Shown here: one piece after another, positions 11,746-23,796 of the stretch
Layout: every line of letters begins with the position of its first letter
How positions within the stretch are numbered: position 1 is the stretch's first letter
Source of the DNA: Octopus bimaculoides
Lineage: Eukaryota
Direction of reading: 5' to 3'
Length of the DNA stretch: 64,000 nt
Assembly: GCF_001194135.2 (NCBI RefSeq)
Contig: NC_068987.1
Location: 91,696,498-91,760,497, forward strand
Position numbers and translations under genes: made by a program
Notes under the pieces: model-generated
Databases searched by the model: none
Seen by the model: the letters and a program-made list of their open reading frames with translations, nothing else
Told to the model about the DNA's origin: nothing

Positions 11746-11990
11746 ATTTCAAATGTTGGCACAAGGTCAGTAATTTGGGAGACGTAAGCAAATGGATTAC
11801 CTTGACCGTGATTTGATCTTACCTGTACTCGATCTTACCTGTACTTGACAGGTACTTTATCTCATCGACCCCGAAAAAAGAGACATCGTTGACCTTGGGA
11901 AAATTTGAACTCAGAACGTAAAACCGGAAGAAATGGGACTCCACATTTTGTCCGAAGAGACTTTCCATCTTATGGTTATGCTTTCGTATA
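11746..11990 (-). mobile_element. SINE family A
   Basis: Reverse of ACGTTCTGAGTTCAAATT, TCGGGGTCGATGAG and CCTTGTGCCAACATTTGAAA-(ATT)n. Contains an internal 16-bp tandem duplication GATCTTACCTGTACT(C/T). Confidence 0.75.
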
Positions 11991-12344
11991 TTATTGCCGC
12001 GGTTGCACGTTTATTATTGCCGCCGTTCCACAACTAAGTTGACGAGTGGGAGTCACAGGGATCATATCTTGCTCCAAGTTTTATTGTTTCTGTCATTTTG
12101 GTTTCTGTTTTCGTTTTTTCTTTTTCAAGTTACAACTGTTTTGTTTTTGTTATTGTTTTCGTTGTTGTTATGCAATGGTGATTTTGATAATGTCGATGGT
12201 GAATTGCGATTGGTCGATCTGAATTATTTCGCAACGTCAGACCGAGTGCAGATATGAGTAGCATATGGGAACCGGTATTAAGGAAAGATAGGAAAATATT
12301 AGACTTATAAGCCCTAAAAGTCTCTCCATAATTGCACACGGGTA

Positions 12345-12535
12345 TATGGCCTATTGGTTAAGAACGCGGGCTACTGACACCAATAATAATAATAACATCA
12401 AAAAATACCTTAGGAATGAGAACCCGGGTTCGAAATTTCCCCAAGTCACCTGATGGAGGGTATATCAGACGAAACTTTGTGTTAACAACAAACAAGATGA
12501 GGACAAATATCCGTGAAATGTAAATAATGAAAATA
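12345..12535 (+). mobile_element. SINE-like repeat with tRNA-like head and decayed hammerhead-bearing tail
   Basis: TGGCCTATTGGTTAAGAACGCGGGCTACT head. The 3' part, TTTCCCCAAGTCACCTGATGGAGGGTATATCAGACGAAACTTTGTGTTAACAACAAACAAGATGAGGACAAATATC, is homologous to 42245-42340 (-). Confidence 0.75.
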
Positions 12536-14676
12536 CATTTTAATCGCTTTAAATATGTCTGCAGATTTTCTATAGAATTTAGAGCCAACATTGAAATTTA
12601 TAACACATTAGTTATGAATATGTCTATGTAATCAATGTGACTGAAGATAGAGAAAATAGGTAACGGGTGAAAACGTATATTTCAGGAGGTCTTACGACCT
12701 TCTCTCGAACCACATCGCATTAGCCATCCACGAACATATTACTTAAACAGCCACAATGTTTAGTGCTGTATCACAGTTGGTTAGACCAATTTTATATGTT
12801 AAACACATTCCTGGCAACTGGTAGGTACTTATTAATTGCTGAGAAGGAGACGATATTTCGTTTTACATCCATAATACACAACAAATTATGTTAAAGGTTT
12901 ATAAGATAAAGTTAAAAGTGATTGAATCACGTTCCTAACACAATATTGATTTATTACTGATTTATTACTGTTTAATATACTCGGGAGTATATTACGGCTG
13001 CAATACGAAATACGGTGTCACTACAATATTTTTAATACATTTTTAATATACTCTTTCTTGTGATGGTAAATAGTGATATGAAGAATAATTAGTTCTTTTT
13101 TCTAGCAGGTGGAACGATCTCACAGAAGCATTATCATTTGTTGCGCTCTTTTTACCGTTACTATAAATGAAATATCTACAAATACATTGCGGTAAAATCA
13201 ATTCATCAAATTCTTTTTGCGAAAGTTATTGACCTCTCCAATTCCTAGACATAGACAGACGAACAAAGACTTACACACAATAAAAACTGTTTGGTATTCT
13301 TTTCTTGTCTTCAATTTTCTTTTTGTTTTTTTTAATCTTTTTCCAGTGTTTCTTGGCCACATTTAAAATGACAAAGAATCATTCGTGTTTATCTCGGTAA
13401 TTAGGAACATAATTCCTTCTCTTTAAGATTTAATATTTCTTTTGTGATGCCTTTTATTTTTGCAGCATCTTTGACGAACATTTTCATTTTTAGTTTCCCA
13501 ACACACACACACATACACGCACACACACGCAAATACATACCCATACGTGCTCATAGACACACACAGAGTCACTCGCACACACAGATACTCACACTCACAT
13601 ACATAAATTCTATAGTTGTATGTACGTATGTATACATCTGTATATGTACATACATAATACATACATACATATACAGACATTTATACGGGTGTATATATAT
13701 AAACATACACACACATATATATATATATATGTGTGTGTGTATGTATTTGTGAATATATACATATATATAAACATATCTACTTGTATTATGTAGCTATCTT
13801 TATACACACACACACACACATATATACACCCAAATAAAATACGTTATCTCAGCTCTGTATACTTTCGTATTAGTCTATCATAGAGACATAAATGTATCGT
13901 CCTTTGCGCTTTAATTNNNNNNNNNNNNNNNNNNNNNNNNNNNNNNNNNNNNNNNNNNNNNNNNNNNNNNNNNNNNNNNNNNNNNNNNNNNNNNNNNNNN
14001 NNNNNNNNNNNNNNNNNNNNNNNNNNNNNNNNNNNNNNNNNNNNNNNNNNNNNNNNNNNNNNNNNNNNNNNNNNNNNNNNNNNNNNNNNNNNNNNNNNNN
14101 NNNNNNNNNNNNNNNNNNNNNNNNNNNNNNNNNNNNNNNNNNNNNNNNNNNNNNNNNNNNNNNNNNNNNNNNNNNNNNNNNNNNNNNNNNNNNNNNNNNN
14201 NNNNNNNNNNNNNNNNNNNNNNNNNNNNNNNNNNNNNNNNNNNNNNNNNNNNNNNNNNNNNNNNNNNNNNNNNNNNNNNNNNNNNNNNNNNNNNNNNNNN
14301 NNNNNNNNNNNNNNNNNNNNNNNNNNNNNNNNNNNNNNNNNNNNNNNNNNNNNNNNNNNNNNNNNNNNNNNNNNNNNNNNNNNNNNNNNNNNNNNNNNNN
14401 NNNNNNNNNNNNNNNNNNNNNNNNNNNNNNNNNNNNNNNNNNNNNNNNNNNNNNNNNNNNNNNNNNNNNNNNNNNNNNNNNNNNNNNNNNNNNNNNNNNN
14501 NNNNNNNNNNNNNNNNNNNNNNNNNNNNNNNNNNNNNACCTTGAACGACTGCATCACAAATAACGCATTCTATAGTGGATTAGTGGAGGGAAGGTACGAC
14601 AACGATCTCGGGGCGAACCTGGGCGTCGACGAGGAATACCAAACTAATATATATATATGTATATATTGCCAAACTA

Positions 14677-14709
<33 letters not shown>

Positions 14710-14973
14710 TGTTTATTAATAACATTTGGAGCAGATTCATATGACATATGGTTTTCTGTGCACAAAGGCCGAACACATTCCATCAGATAATTACAGAAGT
14801 AAATCTTCTTCCCATATCTGACGAGATGAGCTCGTCCTGCACACCTGGACAACTTTAAGTCATATGGAGCTGAATCAAACTGCTATTAGATAATATCTGT
14901 AACTCCCAGCAAATATAGTGAATGCCATTTTCTTTTGTTCGACCATTCACACGTGTCTATAAATAAATAAAAG

Positions 14974-15007
<34 letters not shown>

Positions 15008-15057
15008 ATACACACATATATAGACGAGCGAGTGAACAATATACATAGATATATGTA

Positions 15058-15123
<66 letters not shown>

Positions 15124-17055
15124 TATATACATGCACAAACATTCATATTCGTGTGTGTGTGTGTATATATATAGACGTGGGGATTTTGTCGGTGTGGTAA
15201 GATGTTATTTAGTTACTTTGCTCGTACATATATAAGCCGCAAGAACTAAGCATTTCTGACGGTTGATTTTTCCCTGGATCATTCATTCTATTTTCCTAGA
15301 TGTAGTTCTTTCAATAATTTACATTTAGAATACCCGAGTTACCGTCTTTGTGAAGTTAGCCAATTATTGCGTCATTCTCTTACTGATAGTTGAATTATAT
15401 GAAGAATAAGAAGAAGACGAGGCAAAGAAATTAGAGGACTGAAAGAAGATACGAACCGAACATGTATGGGAGGATGCAACGTGAAGTTTAGGATTCACAG
15501 AATTGAGTCATCGAGACCAAACTTATTTATATTCTATAATCAGGTTCCATCTGATTATATACGCTGCATTCAAACCCCATAGGATGAATAAAAACACAAT
15601 ATTATTAATCGATATCCTACGTACATGTATATGTGCATACAAACACAGACACACACACATACACACATATATGTATACACTCAGCTATAGAAATGTGTGT
15701 GTGCATGAGTAGAACTATAGACACCTACGCACACATATGTATACACACACACACACATATGTATACACACACACACACACATATATATAAATATATATGT
15801 ATATATGCATTTATGTGTGTATATATATATATATATGTATATATATACATATACATACATATATACAAACATACACACGCACACACATATATATATAAAC
15901 ATATATAAACGTATATACATACATGCATACATATATATACATATACATGAGCATATGTGTGTGTGTGTCTGCATGTGCATTCTGAATGTGCATGATGCGT
16001 GTGTGTGTGTGCGTTTGTGTTTGTGTATGCATGGCCATGAATATTCTGAGACAACCGCTATTTCAAACAGCTTCAAGTAAATAAACTTTGAACCTTTCAG
16101 TTTTTTTTTTCTTCCACTTTATTGAATGCACCTTGACTGATTCATGCATGATAGATGTACACAAAGGTATTCCGACATATACACAGATAAGCACAAATGC
16201 ACACACATACAGACACACACGCCCGTATAGACACACGCACACGGGCGCATGCGCGGAAGCTTGTAGATATATACAGCAATGCGCTTATATTTAGATGCCT
16301 ATGCATGCGTTTGTGTAAAATGCGTATTTCTACGTATTATATATGTGTAAGTAAAGAAATATTATATGTGCATATATTCATTGCTTATTATATGCAATTT
16401 TCTGAATATATACATATATTTAGGCATGTACATTGACACACACAGTTATACAGAGAAACACACGCATACATACATATCTGAATGTGCTTATCAGAAGAAA
16501 AAAGAAGATTTTCAATTCACTACGTAAAATCGGGCCAAAAGCATTTTCCAAGCTATATTTAGTGATTACTAGTCCAGGTGACTAAAACGCGTATATTATA
16601 CGTATATATACCTACACATACAAACTCATACACATCCATTCACTGACAAACACTTACACACACACTCACTCTTTCACACACAAAGTCACATATCCCGAAT
16701 TTCAGGGAAATACATACTTACACGTCGTTGATTATACAATCACAGATGCACACACGGCGTCTCAAACATTCGCACGTAAGCACAAAAGTACACACATGCA
16801 CACACACACACACACATACACACACACAGACACACACACACACACACAAGCGCTAATCCACTCTAAGTACACAACACAAGATGATAAAATACACGATGAC
16901 ACCAAAATTGAAACTAACTTCATCGCAAAAATTAGTTTCTATTCAAAAATTCTTTACCTCAGATTTTGTGTATGTGAGTATGTGTATATGTATGTATATA
17001 TGCATGTATGTATGAATGTATATTTGCTTGTATGTATGTAGATATGTTAGTAAAG

Positions 17056-17135
<80 letters not shown>

Positions 17136-17427
17136 ATATATATATATATGAATGGATATATACGTATATATATATATACATGTATATATATGTATAAATA
17201 TATATGTGTGTGTGTGTGTAATCATGTGTGTTTATGTGTGTGTATGTGTGTATGTTTATATTTATATAGGGTGCAAAAATATAAAAAATGACACGTATTT
17301 CTTGGAGCGCGTGGTTTGAGAGGGTCTCGCTGGTGCCTCGCTGTCTAAGTAATGTAGTGAGTGTGTGCGTGTGTGTGTGTGTGAGAGAGAGAGACAGAGA
17401 GAGTGAGATGATGGCATTTCCATGTTG

Positions 17428-17500
17428 GTGCGTATGTATGTGTGTACATATGTGTGTACATATGTGTGTACATATGTGTGTACATATGTGTGTACATATG
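17428..17500. repeat. 12-bp tandem repeat (CATATGTGTGTA), about 5 copies
   Basis: Directly visible. Confidence 0.9.
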
Positions 17501-17861
17501 TGTGTGTATCTGTTGCGTGTGTATCTGTTGTGTGCGTGTGCGCGCGTATTCATGTACGTAGCAACATTTACATAATCCTAAACTATAATATCACTAAACA
17601 CAGAACCAAGAACAATTGCCACATTCCTGTCAAGGCGTGCAAACAATTCGATCTAATAATAATTCCCAAAAGTGGAAACTTATAGTGTCTGTTCAACGAA
17701 ACCATTGGAAACCAAATGCACCCTGATCGCTGGGGCAAGCATCCACTTTTTCAACTGATGTTATTTTGAATTCAGATACCTCCTTCATTTTAAAAGATTT
17801 CTGCTATTTCCTCGCCCCATATTTTATATTCATCAATACTTAGTTTAATGACCTTGAAAAG

Positions 17862-17943
<82 letters not shown>

Positions 17944-18304
17944 ATGAAGAACTTCGGGTATTTGCTTGAGAATGAAGCATCTGAAACCGATCGAACTGAC
18001 CTCCCATTGGTTCTTCATTCTCTGTCACACTCCTTTTGGTTTTTCTTTTAGTTCCTTTCTCTCTCCACATCCTCTTCACTTTTTACTAATATGTTTTCTC
18101 TTAACTTCAACTCCTATCACCTCCGTCTTTCGCTATATTCACATTTTCATTACTGAATCTGCAAACTTTCTCTGACTATTCTATTGATGACTTTATCATC
18201 AATACTCATTATGAATATCTGGTCTACAACTATGGCGTTTTCTGAAATACAGAACACTGTCCGTCATTAAAACACTTATGTCTCAATCTTCAGGCGATTA
18301 ATAA

Positions 18305-18557
18305 TCATCATCATCATCATCATCATCGTTTAACGTCCGCTTTCCATGCTAGCATGGGTTGGACGATTTGACTGAGGACTGGTGAAACCGGATGGCAACA
18401 CCAGGCTCCAGTCTGATTTGGCAGAGTTTCTACAGCTGCATGCCCTTCCTAACGCCAACCACTCAGAGAGTGTAGTGGGTGCTTTTACGTGTCACCCGCA
18501 CGAAAACGGCCACGCTCGAAATGGTGTCTTTTATGTGCCACCCGCACAAGCCAGTCC
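18305..18557 (-). mobile_element. SINE 3' portion with (GAT)n tail, RTE-type tail motif (family D)
   Basis: Plus strand reads (CAT)n-CGTTTAACGTCCGCTTTCCATGCT...ATGCCCTTCCTAACGCCAACC. Truncated by gap. Confidence 0.7.
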
Positions 18558-18680
18558 NNNNNNNNNNNNNNNNNNNNNNNNNNNNNNNNNNNNNNNNNNN
18601 NNNNNNNNNNNNNNNNNNNNNNNNNNNNNNNNNNNNNNNNNNNNNNNNNNNNNNNNNNNNNNNNNNNNNNNNNNNNNNNN

Positions 18681-18729
18681 TGGGTCTCGAACCTACATGC
18701 CGGCTGAGTGTTTTACCATTAAGCTAAAA
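18681..18729 (-). pseudogene. Degenerate tRNA-like head
   Basis: Minus strand TAGCTTAATGGTAAAACACTCAG...GTAGGTTCGAGACC shows A and B boxes, with the anticodon region shortened. Confidence 0.5.
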
Positions 18730-18849
18730 CTTACCACTGACAAATTTATCCGCGAAGTTAGATGCTGAATAGCTAAATGAGCATCTACGTGTACGTAAAT
18801 ATAAATATTTTAAAAAATAACTGTCTAAATTTGCGGATCAATTCGTTAG

Positions 18850-18915
18850 TGGACAGTTTAGTTTAATGGTAAAGCACTCAGGTAAAGTCTCGATGGATGT
18901 AGGTTCGAATCTCTT
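18850..18915 (+). pseudogene. Degenerate tRNA-like head
   Basis: TAGTTTAATGGTAAAGCACTCAG...GTAGGTTCGAATCT. The D arm pairs, but the acceptor and T stems are broken. Confidence 0.55.
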
Positions 18916-19597
18916 GCCTGGTTGTTGACAATTTTTTTCGCTGTGTAAGGGTAATTTACCCAGTATATCTGCTGTTCCAACGTGAATTCCGTGTTCGAAA
19001 ATATATCTTATTTGTACCGTACAAATTTTATAAGCATATATTACATCGCATATATATATATATATATATATATAATGGGGGAAGAGAAGGAGAATAAAAG
19101 CAAAAATGTATAAATTTCGAATATTGCTGATATCAACTGTAAATCAATAGAGTTCAACAGCTGTTTCAATGGTGTGAATTATCATTCTATAATTCTGAAC
19201 TCTTAGGATTATACACTTATCAGTAAATATTCTACTAGGTATACATATTTGTGCTTATATACATATACACATATATGTGCGTGTGTTTGTGTGACTAGGT
19301 ATCTATATTCATATTTTACCTTACAATTTTTCTCTACTTCAATTAAAGCAGTAACTGATTCTGATTACAATTTTTTTCTAACAATATTCGAAACATGTCG
19401 CTTTCAAATTAATTCATATTTTATGCATAGTGATTACATAAATATGTTGTTTTACGCCATTGAAACAGCTATTGAGCGTGTGTATATGTGCGTGTGAGTG
19501 TGTGTGTGTGTGTGCGTGTGCGTGTGCATATGTGTACCGGATGTGGCAAATTACATTTACATTTTATTTCAACATAATAATTTTACACATAATTCAG

Positions 19598-19708
19598 GTA
19601 CAAACTTATTATGCGCTACGGTGATAGCAAGCGGTAACCAATTTATATACACGCGAGTGCACACATTTGATACCAGACCTAATGCATCCATAGGCAAAAG
19701 TCAGAATG
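19598..19708 (+). CDS. Candidate internal exon of unknown protein
   Basis: TTCAG acceptor and consensus G|GTAAGT donor, 111 nt, phase 1-1, single open frame TNLLCATVIASGNQFIYTRVHTFDTRPNASIGKSQN. Confidence 0.25.
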
Positions 19709-21732
19709 GTAAGTGCCTACCGTGACCAAAATAAAGTTATAACTACTGTCCAATATTGTATTGAGTGGTCTGTCCTTAAAGTCAATTAATGCTAAACTTA
19801 TGTCAATGTATATATACATAGTGGTGTGTGCAAAAGTCGGTATGCAGTAAGTATCACATCAATGTTACAATACTTAATTCATTAAAATTGTTAGTACATT
19901 AAATTAGTTAGCATCATTTTTAATATTTTCAGTGTAGTTAATCATAATAATACATTTATCATAACTATAATAATACTATTATCGTAAATTTTAATTTTTT
20001 TGATAAAAATAAATGAGTATTGTACGTGTTTTCTTTTTTCATAACACTACATGTACTTTTGCATTATACGAAATGTGTGTGTGTGTGTGTGTATGTTTGT
20101 TTCGATATGTGTATGTATGTGTATGTGTGTATGTTGAAGCTAAGCTTTCAGATATTAATGAACATTTTAAAATCGTTTCCCACCACTAATAATGGCTCCT
20201 GACAGCACAATAACCCCAGATAACTCCTGTATTAATTCTGAGCCGTTTGCCATCACGTCATAGCAACATGTATCATCCACATAATTAGATGGGGAGCAAC
20301 TAAACATGCCGATGCTAACGCACACCTTCAGACATTTTATGAGAAGCTGTTTGATTGTTTTCGAATTTAGATATCCTCAGGTTATATTGAAGTGATTTGG
20401 AATATGGACTGTATAAAGCTTAGTGAAATTATTATAAATTTCAGAATCATGTTATCAAATATTTCTTGGTAATTAATCCGTTAGATTCGTATATTATATC
20501 AGACATAAAGTCAAGCGTTTCTCTCGAATCACCAATTAAACTATATTACAGCGGCCATCTTAATAACGTTTAAATATAATATATATGATATACGACCATG
20601 AACGCGGTCAATATTACCAAATTATGGTTTATATATATACATANNNNNNNNNNNNNNNNNNNNNNNNNNNNNNNNNNNNNNNNNNNNNNNNNNNNNNNNN
20701 NNNNNNNNNNNNNNNNNNNNNNNNNNNNNNNNNNNNNNNNNNNNNNNNNNNNNNNNNNNNNNNNNNNNNNNNNNNNNNNNNNNNNNNNNNNNNNNNNNNN
20801 NNNNNNNNNNNNNNNNNNNNNNNNNNNNNNNNNNNNNNNNNNNNNNNNNNNNNNNNNNNNNNNNNNNNNNNNNNNNNNNNNNNNNNNNNNNNNNNNNNNN
20901 NNNNNNNNNNNNNNNNNNNNNNNNNNNNNNNNNNNNNNNNNNNNNNNNNNNNNNNNNNNNNNNNNNNNNNNNNNNNNNNNNNNNNNNNNNNNNNNNNNNN
21001 NNNNNNNNNNNNNNNNNNNNNNNNNNNNNNNNNNNNNNNNNNNNNNNNNNNNNNNNNNNNNNNNNNNNNNNNNNNNNNNNNNNNNNNNNNNNNNNNNNNN
21101 NNNNNNNNNNNNNNNNNNNNNNNNNNNNNNNNNNNNNNNNNNNNNNNNNNNNNNNNNNNNNNNNNNNNNNNNNNNNNNNNNNNNNNNNNNNNNNNNNNNN
21201 NNNNNNNNNNNNNNNNNNNNNNNNNNNNNNNNNNNNNNNNNNNNNNNNNNNNNNNNNNNNNNNNNNNNNNNNNNNNNNNNNNNNNNNNNNNNNNNNNNNN
21301 NNNNNNNNNNNNNNNNNNNNNTATATATATATATATATATCTGTATATATATATATATTGTATGCATGTTTATACGTGAGTATATATCGTTGAATGTATG
21401 CATATACGTGTAAGTTAATTATTATTAATGACATCACGAAGTAGGCAGACACATATAGACGTTGCTTAGCTGCGGAATGTGTAGCATTAAGACTCTATGA
21501 AATTAATATATAGGACCTGAATATATTGGCAGGAATATAATCAGAAAACTGTAAGAAAAATATTGGCAAAAAAAAAAAGAAAAAAATTGAGTCGGTTTGA
21601 ATCACGCAGAATTACACAATACATCATACAGAGATGGTTAGTAAATGGACGATGCCGGGATATCATATATACTCCGCTAATTATCTACCATTTTACTCTA
21701 TCTTAATATCTATATGTATGTATGTATGTCAT

Positions 21733-21832
21733 TATGCAGTTTATTTCAAGATTCCTTGCCAATAGAAAAAGAAACGGTTTCTAACCTAGATCCAAGGTTC
21801 CTTCATTTGAATTTCAACATCAACAACAGAGT
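21733..21832. repeat. Module Z repeat, left half
   Basis: Matches 7480-7555 (CTTGCCAATAG...GGTTTCTAACCT...AATTTCAACATCAACAAC). Confidence 0.8.
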
Positions 21833-21907
21833 ATGTGTGTATGTATATATGTATGTACGTATGTATGTATGTATGTATGTATGTATGTATGTATGTATGT
21901 ATGTATA

Positions 21908-22007
21908 GGCGCGGGAGTGGCTGTGTGGTAAGTAGCTTGCTTACCAGCCACATGGTTCCGGGTTCAATCCCACTGCGTGGCACCTTGGGCAATTGTCTTC
22001 TACAATA
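21908..22007 (+). mobile_element. tRNA-derived SINE (family B), 5' part running into gap
   Basis: GGCGCGGGAGTGGCTGTGTGGTAAG head, GGGTTCAATCCC B box, then GGCACCTTGGGCAA. Confidence 0.9.
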
Positions 22008-22534
22008 NNNNNNNNNNNNNNNNNNNNNNNNNNNNNNNNNNNNNNNNNNNNNNNNNNNNNNNNNNNNNNNNNNNNNNNNNNNNNNNNNNNNNNNNNNNNN
22101 NNNNNNNNNNNNNNNNNNNNNNNNNNNNNNNNNNNNNNNNNNNNNNNNNNNNNNNNNNNNNNNNNNNNNNNNNNNNNNNNNNNNNNNNNNNNNNNNNNNN
22201 NNNNNNNNNNNNNNNNNNNNNNNNNNNNNNNNNNNNNNNNNNNNNNNNNNNNNNNNNNNNNNNNNNNNNNNNNNNNNNNNNNNNNNNNNNNNNNNNNNNN
22301 NNNNNNNNNNNNNNNNNNNNNNNNNNNNNNNNNNNNNNNNNNNNNNNNNNNNNNNNNNNNNNNNNNNNNNNNNNNNNNNNNNNNNNNNNNNNNNNNNNNN
22401 NNNNNNNNNNNNNNNNNNNNNNNNNNNNNNNNNNNNNNNNNNNNNNNNNNNNNNNNNNNNNNNNNNNNNNNNNNNNNNNNNNNNNNNNNNNNNNNNNNNN
22501 NNNNNNNNNNNNNTATATATATATATATATATAT

Positions 22535-22760
22535 GCAGATTTTTAAGTTTTGTTTCATGTATGTATTCTCGTGCATATCTAGACATGCTCATATATATTT
22601 AAATGATAAACTTCTGAAAAGTTTTACAGATTTTTACAGTTCCAGTAATGGATTGGCTCTGTAGCCTTCGAATTAGCTTTCTCCTTTCTGGTTTTGAGAA
22701 GCCTAATTTCTCAAGATTGGTATTTAGGCAGTGCATTACATATCTCAGGGCCCGACTAAT
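22535..22760. repeat. Module Z right half plus module Y
   Basis: 22535-22670 matches 7555-7690. GAGAAGCCTAATTTCTCAAGATTGGTATTTAGG is shared with ~29452-29487. Confidence 0.8.
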
Positions 22761-22873
22761 TATGTATGTATGTATATATGTATGTATGTATCTCTCACTC
22801 CAACTCACTCTCTACATACATACATACACATATACATATATTCATACATACATATATATACATATATATACAT

Positions 22874-22906
<33 letters not shown>

Positions 22907-22954
22907 TATATTTATCATTATATATATATGAATATCTTTTGTGTTTATATCGTA

Positions 22955-23160
22955 CATGTTTCAGTCACTATATTGTGGCCACGCTGAAGCACCGCCTTGC
23001 AGAGTAGATCTCATTACATGTATTTTAAACCTGGTACCTATTGTATTAGTGTATTTGCCGAACCACTAAGTTAGAGGGACGTAAACAGACCAACACCGTT
23101 TGTCAGTTGGTGGTGAGGGACAAACACCGTCACGAACATAGACACACACACTCACACACA
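22955..23160 (-). mobile_element. SINE family B, 3' half
   Basis: Reverse of GGTGTTGGTCTGTTTACGTCCC...GGTTCGGCAAA and of the tail GGCGGTGCTTCAGCGTGGCCAC...GACTGAAAC, both homologous to 32300-32495. Confidence 0.7.
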
Positions 23161-23497
23161 CATACATACATCTATTCAAAGGAGAATTTCATTCGTAAAT
23201 TTTTGCAAGTATGATTCACCTGTTATTTACATCTTATTTTGAAATGTCTCATTACGTGACTTACATAATTTTCGTTAGAAAGACCTAACCGCGATGACCC
23301 AGTGCGGCCGGCGGCAACACTCTAGACAACAAACATTACACAAAAGAAGACGAAAAATAACATAGAAAATAAATTATTCACTATTTTGAAATTAGCTTCA
23401 TTTTTGATAAAGGGGAAAACAAACACCAACAGCGATTGAATAGCCATCACTTAAAGACAAAGGGGAGATAATTACAGTATGTATATATACGTATGTA

Positions 23498-23562
<65 letters not shown>

Positions 23563-23742
23563 TAGTTTTGCGACAATAACCTAATTCGTGTCATTTGAAT
23601 TCAGCAAGATTAGGATAAAAGCATCTGCTTTATAGACAGACCGGCGACCACCTCATATAAATATATTTCTATTGTGGAGACATGGCAGATGTTTCTAGAC
23701 GCATCCATCTCTTATTCTCTCAGCTACCGTTTCCTCGCGTTC

Positions 23743-23796
<54 letters not shown>

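Noticed and set aside
18850-18915. Functional tRNA gene
   Set aside because: The acceptor and T stems do not pair and the anticodon arm has mismatches. Kept only as a tRNA-like remnant.
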